Below are positions 9,115 to 17,783 of a DNA stretch of 64,000 nucleotides, piece by piece (positions within the stretch are counted from its first letter, which is position 1; every line of letters begins with the position of its first letter). Where the stretch lies: NCBI GenBank assembly GCA_035503455.1, contig DATJTK010000080.1, positions 73,271 through 137,270 on the forward strand. The letters run 5' to 3'. The position numbers and the translations under genes were made by a program. The DNA is from Candidatus Sulfotelmatobacter sp. (GTDB lineage: Bacteria; Verrucomicrobiota; Verrucomicrobiia; Limisphaerales; UBA11358). The notes under the pieces were generated by a model. That model was not told where the DNA came from and searched no databases. It saw only the letters and a list, made by a program, of their open reading frames with translations.

Positions 9115-10017
9115 TTATTTCATTTTTTGGGTCGGTGAAATGCGTTTGAGAAACATCATTCGTTCAGGAAAGTCCAAAGTAACAAGATTCCGGGATAAAA
9201 CATGAAGGCCGATTCCGTTTAACTGTGTATGGAAATCATTCGTCAACGGGTCCTCCACCTGCAAATCAAGATCGTGGTATAGCTGGCCGCCAAGCACCCC
9301 GTTTGGAGAATGAAATTCCCCCTTCGATGGCGATGACGTCCGGTTGGTCCAATTCTGAAATAATTGCCGCGTCAACCAGCCGTCGTAATTGCATCCCGTA
9401 TCAATCAGGGAACCCGGGCCTCTCATCCCTGTAAGGTTCTCCTTAATATAAAAGCATCCGTCGCCGACGTTGACCAAAGCAAATTTTTCGCCCAGGCCCC
9501 CTTTTTTCACTTGCTGTTCGTCAAGGAAACGAATTGTGCCTTTTGTGAAATTGAGCTGAATGGAATAGTTGTCCAGGATGTCCATGCCTAGAACTCCCAT
9601 GATAGGTCGGCCTGCCTCCGCGGATATTTCCTTGCAATCCATTGTAAATATATAATGCCCGCACGCCGGCTTGGCCAGGGGTGTTTCTTCCAGATATAGC
9701 GGAGGCGGGGAAAATAGAGTGACATTTATTCTTTGGCCAAAATTGTCCGTATTGGTGGACCCGAGCGGCTTTCCCAGCTTTTGCTCAAGTGATTTGTCTA
9801 AAATCGTAACCGGATTTCCTGTATCCATCACCAGGGGCAATTTTTCACCATCCGCCAAATGGACCGTTAGAATCAGGCAATTTTCAACGTCTTTATTCAT
9901 CGGTGTGTCGCCGGGCAACCGCACATTGGCATATCTCACAGTAGCGCAGGAGACTGCAAACAGCCCAAGGCTAAAAGTTAAAGCGAATAATGCCCATCGC
10001 ATGAGCACTACTGACAC
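9115..10017 (-). CDS. Lipoprotein with two retropepsin-like aspartic-protease lobes (short paralog)
   Basis: Lipobox LGLFAVSC. Lobe 1 has LPLVMDTGNP and IMGVLGMDIL. Lobe 2 has SLIDTGCNYDGWL and LNGIGLHVLSRNLVTLDFP. It is collinear with the ORFs at 32667 and 33911. Confidence 0.65.
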   Translation of the reverse strand: MSVVLMRWALFALTFSLGLFAVSCATVRYANVRLPGDTPMNKDVENCLILTVHLADGEKLPLVMDTGNPVTILDKSLEQKLGKPLGSTNTDNFGQRINVTLFSPPPLYLEETPLAKPACGHYIFTMDCKEISAEAGRPIMGVLGMDILDNYSIQLNFTKGTIRFLDEQQVKKGGLGEKFALVNVGDGCFYIKENLTGMRGPGSLIDTGCNYDGWLTRQLFQNWTNRTSSPSKGEFHSPNGVLGGQLYHDLDLQVEDPLTNDFHTQLNGIGLHVLSRNLVTLDFPERMMFLKRISPTQKMK

Positions 10018-10113
10018 AAAAGGAGGGCTTTTCCAATCGCAAAGTTGACACAGGGGGAAATGTTGCGTAAGGCCGGGAAGGGAGAATTGTCCGCCGATTT
10101 CGGAGATTTCGCA

Positions 10114-10869
10114 TCACTGTTCCAGTTTTGCTCGCAGCGCGTCCCGCCTATTGGACCAATCGTCCCAACTCCATTCCCAGTGGGGACCGGTCAAGGACTT
10201 TTGCGCCGATGGCCAAAGGGCATCCAGCGCGGCCAGCTCCTGCCGGGCGCCGATTTTGTCACCCCACTTCAAATAACTTTCGCCGAGGTTCAAAATATTT
10301 TCCGGATAATTTGACCCAAGCGATACAGCGGCTTCCAGGTATTTCCGGGCCCTCGGCCGGTTGCCGATGCTGATGGGCCACCCGGGCGCATCGCGGTAAA
10401 GGAGTCCCAACCCGCGCTCGGCGCCGCCAAAATCGGCGGCGGGGTCCAAATCAGCGGCAATCAGAAACTCGCGTTCCATTTCGCGCACCAGTTTGAGCGC
10501 GCCCAATTCCTCGGTCCGCGCCAACTGGCCCATGTTCATCGCCATATAATAGTGCGCGGCGGCGGAATTGGTGAATACGAGCGATTGTTTGCAGGCGGCG
10601 ATGCCTTCCCTCGCGATGGTCGCGCGCTGGGCTTTGTTGGTGGCCCAATCAGCCGAGTCATAACAGGCGCGGGCAAATTCCCATGCGACAACGGGATTAT
10701 CCATCTGTGACCGGTACTGTGCCTGGGCCTGGTCAAAGGCGACTTCAGCACGATGAGCGAACACCGCAACCCGGCTGTCTGCGGCGGCGGCCGCGGTTAC
10801 GGTCATGGCCAAAAGACACGCCAGGAGCGCTTTGCGCGGCACATTCTCTGTTTCACATTTTGTTTTCAT
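10114..10869 (-). CDS. Secreted helical-repeat protein (TPR-like; possibly TatT-like family)
   Basis: The likely start is ATG 10869 (MKTKCETENVPRKALLACLLAMTVTAAAAA signal). The body is helical-repeat sequence (AHYYMAMNMGQLA, LGLLYRDAPGWPISIGN, YLEAAVSLGSNYPENILNLGESYLKWGD). The family assignment is tentative. Confidence 0.5.
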   Translation of the reverse strand: MKTKCETENVPRKALLACLLAMTVTAAAAADSRVAVFAHRAEVAFDQAQAQYRSQMDNPVVAWEFARACYDSADWATNKAQRATIAREGIAACKQSLVFTNSAAAHYYMAMNMGQLARTEELGALKLVREMEREFLIAADLDPAADFGGAERGLGLLYRDAPGWPISIGNRPRARKYLEAAVSLGSNYPENILNLGESYLKWGDKIGARQELAALDALWPSAQKSLTGPHWEWSWDDWSNRRDALRAKLEQ

Positions 10870-11002
10870 GCTCTGACCAAGGCCCGGATGGACCGCTCCC
10901 TCGCTCGCGGCCCGTCTAAACGCTTTAACACTCGAACGCTTGAACGGTTCCACAATCATTTAATTCATTTGCTATCGGACTGATTTCGCCTATACTAAGC
11001 AG

Positions 11003-11212
11003 GTGAGATTAAATTGGAAACAGATATGGGTGGCAATACCGGCACTCGCGTTGCCTTTGCTTTTAAGCGGCTGCGGCGGGGTAAATGCCGGCACGTCTGT
11101 TTCGCCCGCTTCATTCTTTTTACCGGGACTTTTAAGGAATGACACTAACCCGGCGACGAACACACCCGCGATTTTCCAATCTAGTTCTCCCGTGTTCGCT
11201 TCCTCAAAATAA
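11003..11212 (+). CDS. Small lipoprotein (69 aa precursor)
   Basis: GTG start. The signal peptide MRLNWKQIWVAIPALALPLLLSGC carries a classic lipobox. It ends 17 nt before the hpnH ATG and shows no family similarity that I recognise. Confidence 0.45.
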   Translation: MRLNWKQIWVAIPALALPLLLSGCGGVNAGTSVSPASFFLPGLLRNDTNPATNTPAIFQSSSPVFASSK

Positions 11213-11228
11213 GGCGTTAACATCATCT

Positions 11229-12608
11229 ATGCGATTTCCATTCGCGCTGACAAAGAAAATTGCCAGTCACATCATCAAGCATAAACTTTGCAAAACGCCA
11301 AAGTTTGCGATGGTGCTGCAACTCGAACCGCTGCACACGTGCAACCTGACCTGCACCGGTTGCGGCCGAATCCGCGAATATTCCACCAGCCTGAAGGACA
11401 TGGTGCCCCTGGAAAAATGCCTGGCCGCGGCGCTGGAATGCGACGCGCCCATGGTCAGCATTTGCGGCGGTGAACCTCTGATTTATCCCAAAATTGAAGA
11501 ACTGATCGCCGGCCTGCTGGAGCAGGGACGCGTCATTTACGTCTGCACGAACGGCATGTTCATGCGGAAAAAAATGAAAGACTATCTGGCCAGTATCTAT
11601 GATGCGAAGGCCGAACCCAAAGTCAAGAAGCTGCTCGAACAAAATTTAATTTCTGACAAGGAAGCCGAAGCCATTCGAAAGGCGGACGACGCAGCCCGGA
11701 AAAAAACCGTCATCCGTCCCACGCAATGGATGTATTGGAACGTCCACGTGGACGGCCTTGAATTTACGCATGACCTGATTGTGGAACGCGAAGGGGTGTT
11801 TAAGGAATGCGTCGCGGCGATTCGCATGGCGAAAATTCTCGGTTACCAGGTCGCCACCAACACGACCGTGTATAAGGAAACGGACGTCCAGGAAATCGAG
11901 GACATGTTCAAGTTCCTCTCGTCGCTCGACGTGGACGGTCATACGATCTCGCCCGGGTACGACTACGACGCGGCCAAGAAGGACATGGTCAAACGGCTGG
12001 GACGAGATCCAAAAGATTTCTTTCTCACGCGCGAGATGACGCGCAAAAAATTTGCCCGCATCCTCGATTGGGGCAAGGCATTCACCATATTCGGAACGCC
12101 GGTGTACCAGGAATTCCTGGCCGGCAAACGCGAATTGACCTGCACGGCATGGGCCATTCCCACGTATAACGTCCGCGGCTGGAAAGCCCCATGTTATTTA
12201 ATGACCGATGGCCATTACGGCGGGTACCAGGAAATGCTCGAAAAGGTCCACTGGGAAAAATATGGCGTCGTGGACGGCGTGGCGCGCGATCCCCGCTGCG
12301 AAAACTGCATGGTCCATTGCGGCTACGATCCCAGCGGAGCCCTGGGCACCAACTACCAGAGTGGGGACAATTGGAAAAATATTAAGTACAATTTTGGCCG
12401 GCACCCGAAACCGTACCCGTATTCGCCCGAGCTGGAAAAGCGGGCATTCAACGGCGTCACGATTGGCAAGGGGCATTTAGCGGAGGCCAAGGCGGTGATT
12501 AATTCGCCCGCGGCGGGAGCGCGCGGCGCGTTCACACGGACCGGAGCAGAACCACCGGCCGTCCCGGCGCATGGCAGCACCGGCGGGATTGCGGGAAGCG
12601 GGGCATGA
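11229..12608 (+). CDS. hpnH: Adenosyl-hopene transferase, radical SAM (HpnH)
   Basis: From ATG 11229: MRFPFALTKKIASHIIKHKL..FAMVLQLEPLHTCNLTCTGCGRIREY. This is the characteristic HpnH N-terminus with a CxxxCxxC cluster, and ICGGEPL follows. It also has a lysine-rich insertion and a Gly/Ala-rich tail. Confidence 0.85.
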   Translation: MRFPFALTKKIASHIIKHKLCKTPKFAMVLQLEPLHTCNLTCTGCGRIREYSTSLKDMVPLEKCLAAALECDAPMVSICGGEPLIYPKIEELIAGLLEQGRVIYVCTNGMFMRKKMKDYLASIYDAKAEPKVKKLLEQNLISDKEAEAIRKADDAARKKTVIRPTQWMYWNVHVDGLEFTHDLIVEREGVFKECVAAIRMAKILGYQVATNTTVYKETDVQEIEDMFKFLSSLDVDGHTISPGYDYDAAKKDMVKRLGRDPKDFFLTREMTRKKFARILDWGKAFTIFGTPVYQEFLAGKRELTCTAWAIPTYNVRGWKAPCYLMTDGHYGGYQEMLEKVHWEKYGVVDGVARDPRCENCMVHCGYDPSGALGTNYQSGDNWKNIKYNFGRHPKPYPYSPELEKRAFNGVTIGKGHLAEAKAVINSPAAGARGAFTRTGAEPPAVPAHGSTGGIAGSGA

Positions 12609-12619
12609 GGTTAAATTAA

Positions 12620-13681
12620 ATGATGCCTCAGGGTCCAGACCATCTCAGCTTCCCACCGACAATCGGCCGTCCCCCAAAAAACATCCTGCTCATTCGATGG
12701 AAATCCATCGGCGACGTGGTGTTTACGCTGCCCGCGTTGCGATGTCTGCGCTCGAATTTTCCGGACAGCCGAATCACCTACCTGACGTCACCCGAATTCG
12801 CCGCTTTGGTTAAAAGTTTTTCTGTTGCCGATGAAATTATTACGGTGGACCGCGCCCGGATCAGGCAATTTCACAAGGGTGGATTGATCGAACTGATCCG
12901 GCTTTGGCGCAATATGGCCAGGACGCACTATGACATCGTGGTGGACCTCCAGGGTTATGGCGAAACGGCGTGGCTGTCGTGGCTGACGCGGGCGCCCCGG
13001 CGCTGGGCCGTGGTACACCGTCCGTCCCGCGCGTGGGCCTATACCCACGCCGTTCCACGCGATGAACTGGCTCACCCGGTGGACGCTCAGTTGCAAATGC
13101 TCTCTGAATGCGGCCTCGAAACCAGCCATCCGGAAAACACTTTTGAATTGCCGCCTGAAGGGCGCCTTTCCGCGCAAAAACTGTTCCATGAGTTTGGCTT
13201 GAACCCACACGTGCCAACCGTTTTCATCCAGCCCTTCACCAGCGGAACTCAAAAAGATTGGCCGCTGAATAAATGGCTGGCGCTGTCCCGGCGGTTGCGC
13301 AGTTTGGAGATCCAGGTGCTGTTTGGGGGCGGTCCCGCGGACCGGGCGCGCCTGGCGCCAGCATTGTCGGAGTCCTTCGCGGTAGCGGCCGGAACTGACT
13401 TGTTGACGTCATGCAGCCTGGCGGCGCGCTGCGCCCTCGTGATAGGGGCGGACACCGGGTTGCTCCACCTCGCCACCGCCCTGGGCTGTCGCGTTGTCCT
13501 GCTAAAGCACCTGACAGCAAAAGAATGTCCGTACGGCCATCCAGACTGGGTGATTACCCCCCACCGCGCGGGTGTATTGGTGGCTGAGATTGAACTGGAA
13601 GAGGTCCTGGTGGAAGTGCTTCGCGTGGTTCATCCCCCGCAGTCCGCAGTCCAGAGTCCCAGGTTTACAGCGGTCGGCTGA
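12620..13681 (+). CDS. Glycosyltransferase family 9 (LPS heptosyltransferase-like)
   Basis: ILLIRWKSIGDVVFTLPALRCLRSNFPDSRITYLTSPEFAALV, DLQG, and the C-terminal GADTGLLHLATALG are typical GT9 motifs. Confidence 0.85.
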   Translation: MMPQGPDHLSFPPTIGRPPKNILLIRWKSIGDVVFTLPALRCLRSNFPDSRITYLTSPEFAALVKSFSVADEIITVDRARIRQFHKGGLIELIRLWRNMARTHYDIVVDLQGYGETAWLSWLTRAPRRWAVVHRPSRAWAYTHAVPRDELAHPVDAQLQMLSECGLETSHPENTFELPPEGRLSAQKLFHEFGLNPHVPTVFIQPFTSGTQKDWPLNKWLALSRRLRSLEIQVLFGGGPADRARLAPALSESFAVAAGTDLLTSCSLAARCALVIGADTGLLHLATALGCRVVLLKHLTAKECPYGHPDWVITPHRAGVLVAEIELEEVLVEVLRVVHPPQSAVQSPRFTAVG

Positions 13682-13824
13682 GTCGCTGTGTCCAAAGCCC
13701 CCAGTCCGCGGTTGAAACCCATAGCTAAAGCGTATAACATTTGCCGTGTCTATAAGCGCGGCGGATTCGCCGCGCGAAGCGAGGATGGAATTCAATTGCA
13801 GGAGACACATCACGAGACAATACT

Positions 13825-14730
13825 ATGACGCAATACGACCCGTTGACTATTATGGAGCCGACAATTCAACTTACCATTGCCAATTGGGACCAGGTTCCCG
13901 GGCGCGATGCGCAAGAGACGGCTTTGACCGCCCTGGAAGACGGCAAAGTTTTGTTCCTTCCGCAGCTTGCATTTACCCTGAGCGCCGCCGAAGGCCGGTT
14001 TCTCACGCCCGACCTTGTGGGCGATTCCAAAAATGTGAGCTACAGCTTCGGCACTCGCAAAATCGGGCACTGCAACTGCGCCGACGCGGACAAACCGGCG
14101 GTCGCGGAAATGATGCACCGTTTCTGCGGGCAGTCGAAGAAGCTGCTTGAGAATCTCCTGCCGTCGTATCAATCCAGGCTCACCATGGGACGCGCCAGCC
14201 TGCGCCCGGTCGAAGCCGCGGGGCGCGCGCAATCCTGGCGCAAGGACGACACACGGTTGCACGTGGACAGTTTTCCGACGACGCCATTGAATGGAAAAAG
14301 GATTTTGAGGGTGTTCACCAACGTGAACCCGGCGGGCCGGCCGCGTTGCTGGCGCCTGGGCGAGCCGTTTGAACAGGTCGCCGCCCGTTTTGCCCCGGGC
14401 GTAAAGCCGCCCGCGCCAGGCTCGACCCTGTTCATGCAATTGTTCCGCGTGACCCGCGGGCGCCGGAGCCTCTACGACCACTATATGCTGGGCCTGCACG
14501 ACGCGATGAAGGCCAACGATGAGTATCAGCGCACTTGTCCGCAAAGCAACTTTGAATTCCCGGCGCTGTCCACCTGGGCGGTCTTCACCGACTCGGTCCC
14601 GCACGCGGTCACCGCGGGCCAGCATCAGTTTGAGCAGACATTTTATTTGGACGTGGACGGCATGGCGCACCCCGAGAAGTCACCGTTACGGATCTTGGAA
14701 AAACAATTGGGAAAAAGCATGAGGAATTAA
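13825..14730 (+). CDS. Kdo hydroxylase (KdoO)-like Fe(II)/2-oxoglutarate dioxygenase
   Basis: LEDGKVLFLPQLAFTLSAAEGRFLTPDLVGDSKNVSY resembles the KdoO family N-terminus. An HxD...H triad is present at H146/D148 (RLHVDSF) and H260 (DSVPHAV). It lies adjacent to the GT9 LPS-core gene. Confidence 0.65.
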   Translation: MTQYDPLTIMEPTIQLTIANWDQVPGRDAQETALTALEDGKVLFLPQLAFTLSAAEGRFLTPDLVGDSKNVSYSFGTRKIGHCNCADADKPAVAEMMHRFCGQSKKLLENLLPSYQSRLTMGRASLRPVEAAGRAQSWRKDDTRLHVDSFPTTPLNGKRILRVFTNVNPAGRPRCWRLGEPFEQVAARFAPGVKPPAPGSTLFMQLFRVTRGRRSLYDHYMLGLHDAMKANDEYQRTCPQSNFEFPALSTWAVFTDSVPHAVTAGQHQFEQTFYLDVDGMAHPEKSPLRILEKQLGKSMRN

Positions 14731-14800
14731 GAATTTCGGAAGGATTCAGCTATTCAACAAAAAGGTTGAATAAAGCGGTTATTATCGCAAAGATTCGACA

Positions 14801-15769
14801 ATGATCGGACCCGTTCATATTCAGAATTACAAGTCCATACGCGAACTAAAATTCGACGCAAAACGGGTCAACGTATATATTGGCGAACCGAATACAGGAA
14901 AATCGAATATCGTTGAAGCATTGGCTTTTTTCTCACCGGGAGTGTTGAAAGCTTCATCTGAAATCTTCCGCTTCGGGACAACTTCTGATCTATTTTACGA
15001 TCAGAACATTTCAAACAAACTAAACGTAAAGGCTGGGGATTGGGAGTTCGGCCTGACGTTTGATAAAAAGTCCTTTCAGGGCCATTTTCTCCAAAGTGTC
15101 AGCCCTGCCAGCCAAGTCCCAAAAGGCAACCTTGAGATGGATTACAAGCAATTGTCTTCCTGGTCGGAGCCTAAGACTCCGTTGCGGTATTACAAGTTCA
15201 AGCCGTTCGACCCATTTCCGGGCCGAGAACCGGGCGCACTAAACCCACCGTTTGGCGACAACCTGGCGGCACTTCTCTACACAAATGAAAGTCTCCGCAA
15301 AAAGATCGGCGCCCTTTTCAAGGAAAAAGGATTCCGTCTTCAGTTGAAACCAACGGAAAACGAACTGCTTATTGCCAAGGATGTCGGGGACGAGTTATAC
15401 AGCTATCCCTGGGTTGCTGTATCTGAAACACTCCAACGGGTTGCTTTTTACATGGCTGCTCTTGAAACCAATCAAAATGCCGCTTTGTTGCTCGACGAGC
15501 CGGAGACCAATACATTTCCGTTTTACACCACTTATCTTGCCGAACGAATTGCCCTGGACACAAGCAACCAATTTTTTCTAACGACTCACAATCCTTATGT
15601 TTTAGGCTCCATAGTGGGCAAAACTCCGGTTAAGGACCTGGCGGTCTTCATTGTTTCAATGGAAAACTATGCCACGAAATTGAAAGCGGTTTCCCCGGAA
15701 GGACTTTCAAAGATTCTGGATTACGGCCCGGACGCTTTTTTAAATCTCGACAAATTGGCTGAAGCATGA
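14801..15769 (+). CDS. Minimal ABC-type ATPase of the AAA_15/AAA_21 (RecF/OLD/AriA-like) class
   Basis: Walker A GEPNTGKS (residues 28-35), signature-like SETLQR, Walker B ALLLDEPE and H-loop FLTTHNP. The sequence is AT-richer than its neighbours by eye. Its stop overlaps the next start (ATGA). Confidence 0.85.
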   Translation: MIGPVHIQNYKSIRELKFDAKRVNVYIGEPNTGKSNIVEALAFFSPGVLKASSEIFRFGTTSDLFYDQNISNKLNVKAGDWEFGLTFDKKSFQGHFLQSVSPASQVPKGNLEMDYKQLSSWSEPKTPLRYYKFKPFDPFPGREPGALNPPFGDNLAALLYTNESLRKKIGALFKEKGFRLQLKPTENELLIAKDVGDELYSYPWVAVSETLQRVAFYMAALETNQNAALLLDEPETNTFPFYTTYLAERIALDTSNQFFLTTHNPYVLGSIVGKTPVKDLAVFIVSMENYATKLKAVSPEGLSKILDYGPDAFLNLDKLAEA

Positions 15770-16230
15770 GCCTGTTTGTCGAATGCAAGGCGGATGAAGC
15801 ACTCGCATTTGCGCTGGGGGTTGCCCGTCGCGACGTTGAACATGCCCTGGGCCGGGGCAGGGTTTGCACCCAGGTTTCACAAAGGATAAACGTGTTGGGA
15901 ATGATTGACGAAGACCCCGGAGCGGCGCAGCCCCCTTATTTGAAAACACTGAAGGAACAGAGCCGGGAGCATGGCATTCCGGTTTTAATAGACGAAGGAC
16001 GAAAAAACAGTATAATAGTGCTTAGTCCACGTTTGGAAGACTGGCTTGTTCAAACGACAAAAAGCGCAGGTTTAAAAATGACTGATTTTGGTTTTGAGAG
16101 CGATAACGGAGTGCAACTTCACGCCGAGATTAACCAACGGCTCGGAAGTCTGCAGCAACTTGTCAAAGCTTTGCTGGAGGCAAAAAGTCCGCGATTGTTG
16201 CGTCTGCAATCAATATTAAAACAGGCATAA
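15766..16230 (+). CDS. Small Toprim-like (DUF4435/DUF4276-like) protein, putative nuclease partner of the ATPase
   Basis: 154 aa. The acidic residues are arranged as in Toprim: LFVECK (E6), GMIDEDPG (D48/D50) and IIVLSPRLEDWLV (E91/D92). It is translationally coupled to the upstream ATPase. The fold assignment is inferred from this motif pattern only. Confidence 0.55.
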   Translation: MSLFVECKADEALAFALGVARRDVEHALGRGRVCTQVSQRINVLGMIDEDPGAAQPPYLKTLKEQSREHGIPVLIDEGRKNSIIVLSPRLEDWLVQTTKSAGLKMTDFGFESDNGVQLHAEINQRLGSLQQLVKALLEAKSPRLLRLQSILKQA

Positions 16231-16237
16231 ATTTTTC

Positions 16238-17713
16238 ATGAGCAAAACTCTATATCTTTCACCGCCGTCGTTTGACGGCTTTGACGGCGGCGCAGGGGCG
16301 CGATACCAGGCGCGGCGCGAAGTGACTTCATTTTGGTATCCAACATGGCTGGCGCAGCCGGCGGCGCTGACGCCCAACTCGCGGTTGCTGGACTGTCCGC
16401 CGCATAACGTGGACCTGGCACAGTGCCTGGCGATCGCCAGGGATTACGACCACGTCATTATCAACACTTCGACGCCTTCGCTCAAAAACGACTGCAAAGT
16501 GGCCGAGGCCATCAAGCAACAAAAGCCGGACACGAAAATCGGCTTCATTGGCGCGCATACAATGGTTTTGCCGACCGAAACGCTGAAAACCTCGCCGGCC
16601 ATTGACTGGGTCGGGCGCAAGGAATTTGATTATACCTGCAAGGAAGTCGCCGAAGGCCGTCCGCTCGAAAAAATCGCGGGATTGTCATTCAAAAATCGCG
16701 AGGGGAAAATCATCCACAATCCTGAGCGCGAAATGATCCAGGACATGGACGCATTGCCGTGGGTTGCGGACGTTTACCAGCGGGACCTCAAGATTGAAAA
16801 TTATTTCATCGGCTATCTGCTGCACCCCTACGTGAGCCTGTACACCGGGCGCGGTTGCCCGGCGCAATGCAGTTTTTGCCTGTGGCCCCAAACGATCGGC
16901 GGTCACAAATACCGCGTCCGCTCGCCGCAAAATGTCGCCGATGAGATGGCCTACATGAAGAAACTGTTTCCGCAGGTGCGCGAGTTCTTCTTTGACGACG
17001 ACACGTTTACGGCCAATTTGCCGCGCGCGCGGGAGATTGCCAAAAAGCTTGGGCCGCTGGGCCTGAACTGGAGTTGCAACAGCCGCGCCAACCTGGATTA
17101 CGACACCATCAAAAGTTTCAAAGAAAACGGTTTGCGGCTGTTTTTAGTGGGCTACGAGAGCGGCAACGATGAGACGCTCAAACGGATCAAGAAGGGCGTC
17201 ACAACCGACGAAATGCGGCGCTTTACACGCGCCTGCCATAAAGCGGGAGTTGTCATCCACGGCACGTTTATTCTTGGATTGCCGGTTGAAACCAAGGAGA
17301 CAATCGAGCAAACGATTAATTTCGCGAAAGAACTGGACGTCTTCAGCCTCCAGGTTTCGCTGGCTGCGCCCTATCCGGGCACGGAACTTTACGAACAGGC
17401 CAAACTCAACGGCTGGTTTGTGAAAAAGGACAAAACCGATCTGGTGGAAGGCGACGGTTTCCAGCAAAGCACGCTCGAATATCCCGAGGCGTCCAAGGAA
17501 GAAATCTTTGAAGCTGTCGACCGCTTCTATCACACGTATTACTTCCGTCCCAAACCCATCCTGCGGATCATCAAAACCATGCTCGAAGACAAGGACATCA
17601 TGGTCCGCCGCTGCCGCGAGGGCTATGAATTTATGAGGAGCTTGCGTCAGCGCAAAGCCGACCTGCGCCACCGCAAGGCCGACGTGGCCGCGGCCCAGGC
17701 CGTGGCGGCGTAA
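16238..17713 (+). CDS. hpnJ: Hopanoid-associated B12-binding radical SAM protein (HpnJ)
   Basis: MSKTLYLSPPSFDGFDGGAGARYQARREVTSFWYPTWLAQPAAL matches the highly conserved HpnJ N-terminus. The radical-SAM cluster is GRGCPAQCSFC. Confidence 0.85.
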   Translation: MSKTLYLSPPSFDGFDGGAGARYQARREVTSFWYPTWLAQPAALTPNSRLLDCPPHNVDLAQCLAIARDYDHVIINTSTPSLKNDCKVAEAIKQQKPDTKIGFIGAHTMVLPTETLKTSPAIDWVGRKEFDYTCKEVAEGRPLEKIAGLSFKNREGKIIHNPEREMIQDMDALPWVADVYQRDLKIENYFIGYLLHPYVSLYTGRGCPAQCSFCLWPQTIGGHKYRVRSPQNVADEMAYMKKLFPQVREFFFDDDTFTANLPRAREIAKKLGPLGLNWSCNSRANLDYDTIKSFKENGLRLFLVGYESGNDETLKRIKKGVTTDEMRRFTRACHKAGVVIHGTFILGLPVETKETIEQTINFAKELDVFSLQVSLAAPYPGTELYEQAKLNGWFVKKDKTDLVEGDGFQQSTLEYPEASKEEIFEAVDRFYHTYYFRPKPILRIIKTMLEDKDIMVRRCREGYEFMRSLRQRKADLRHRKADVAAAQAVAA

Positions 17714-17726
17714 GAGACCAGGTTGG

Positions 17727-17766
17727 AAACATCGAACATCGAACATTGAACGCCCAACATCGAACG
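17727..17766. repeat. (AACATCG)n heptamer repeat element
   Basis: The sequence aaacatcgaacatcgaacattgaacgcccaacatcgaacg lies just after the hpnJ stop. It is the reverse complement of the elements at 51091-51133 and 58911-58950. Confidence 0.8.
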
Positions 17767-17783
17767 GATGATTGGCGGCATTT

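Noticed and set aside
11139-11228. 5' extension of hpnH in the ORF track (start 11139), and similar extensions for ORFs 10114-10959, 35961-36788, 36754-37509, 42243, 42739, 43407, 43736, 57258, 58099 and 60128-63055
   Set aside because: The extensions overlap upstream genes or repeats and lack similarity to the family N-termini. Internal ATG starts reproduce the canonical N-termini or signal peptides, so the shorter coordinates were used.
13810-14670. 286-aa minus-strand ORF, plus similar long antisense ORFs at 3554-4114, 6582-7148, 17144-17746, 22183-22878, 38603-39334, 41432-42166, 44174-44740, 45444-46007, 47724-48458, 55109-55726, 55745-56317, 57414-58037 and 60320-61159
   Set aside because: Each lies fully inside a gene on the opposite strand that has clear family motifs. 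Their translations are low-complexity and Arg/Gly/Ala/His-rich. They are treated as shadow ORFs.
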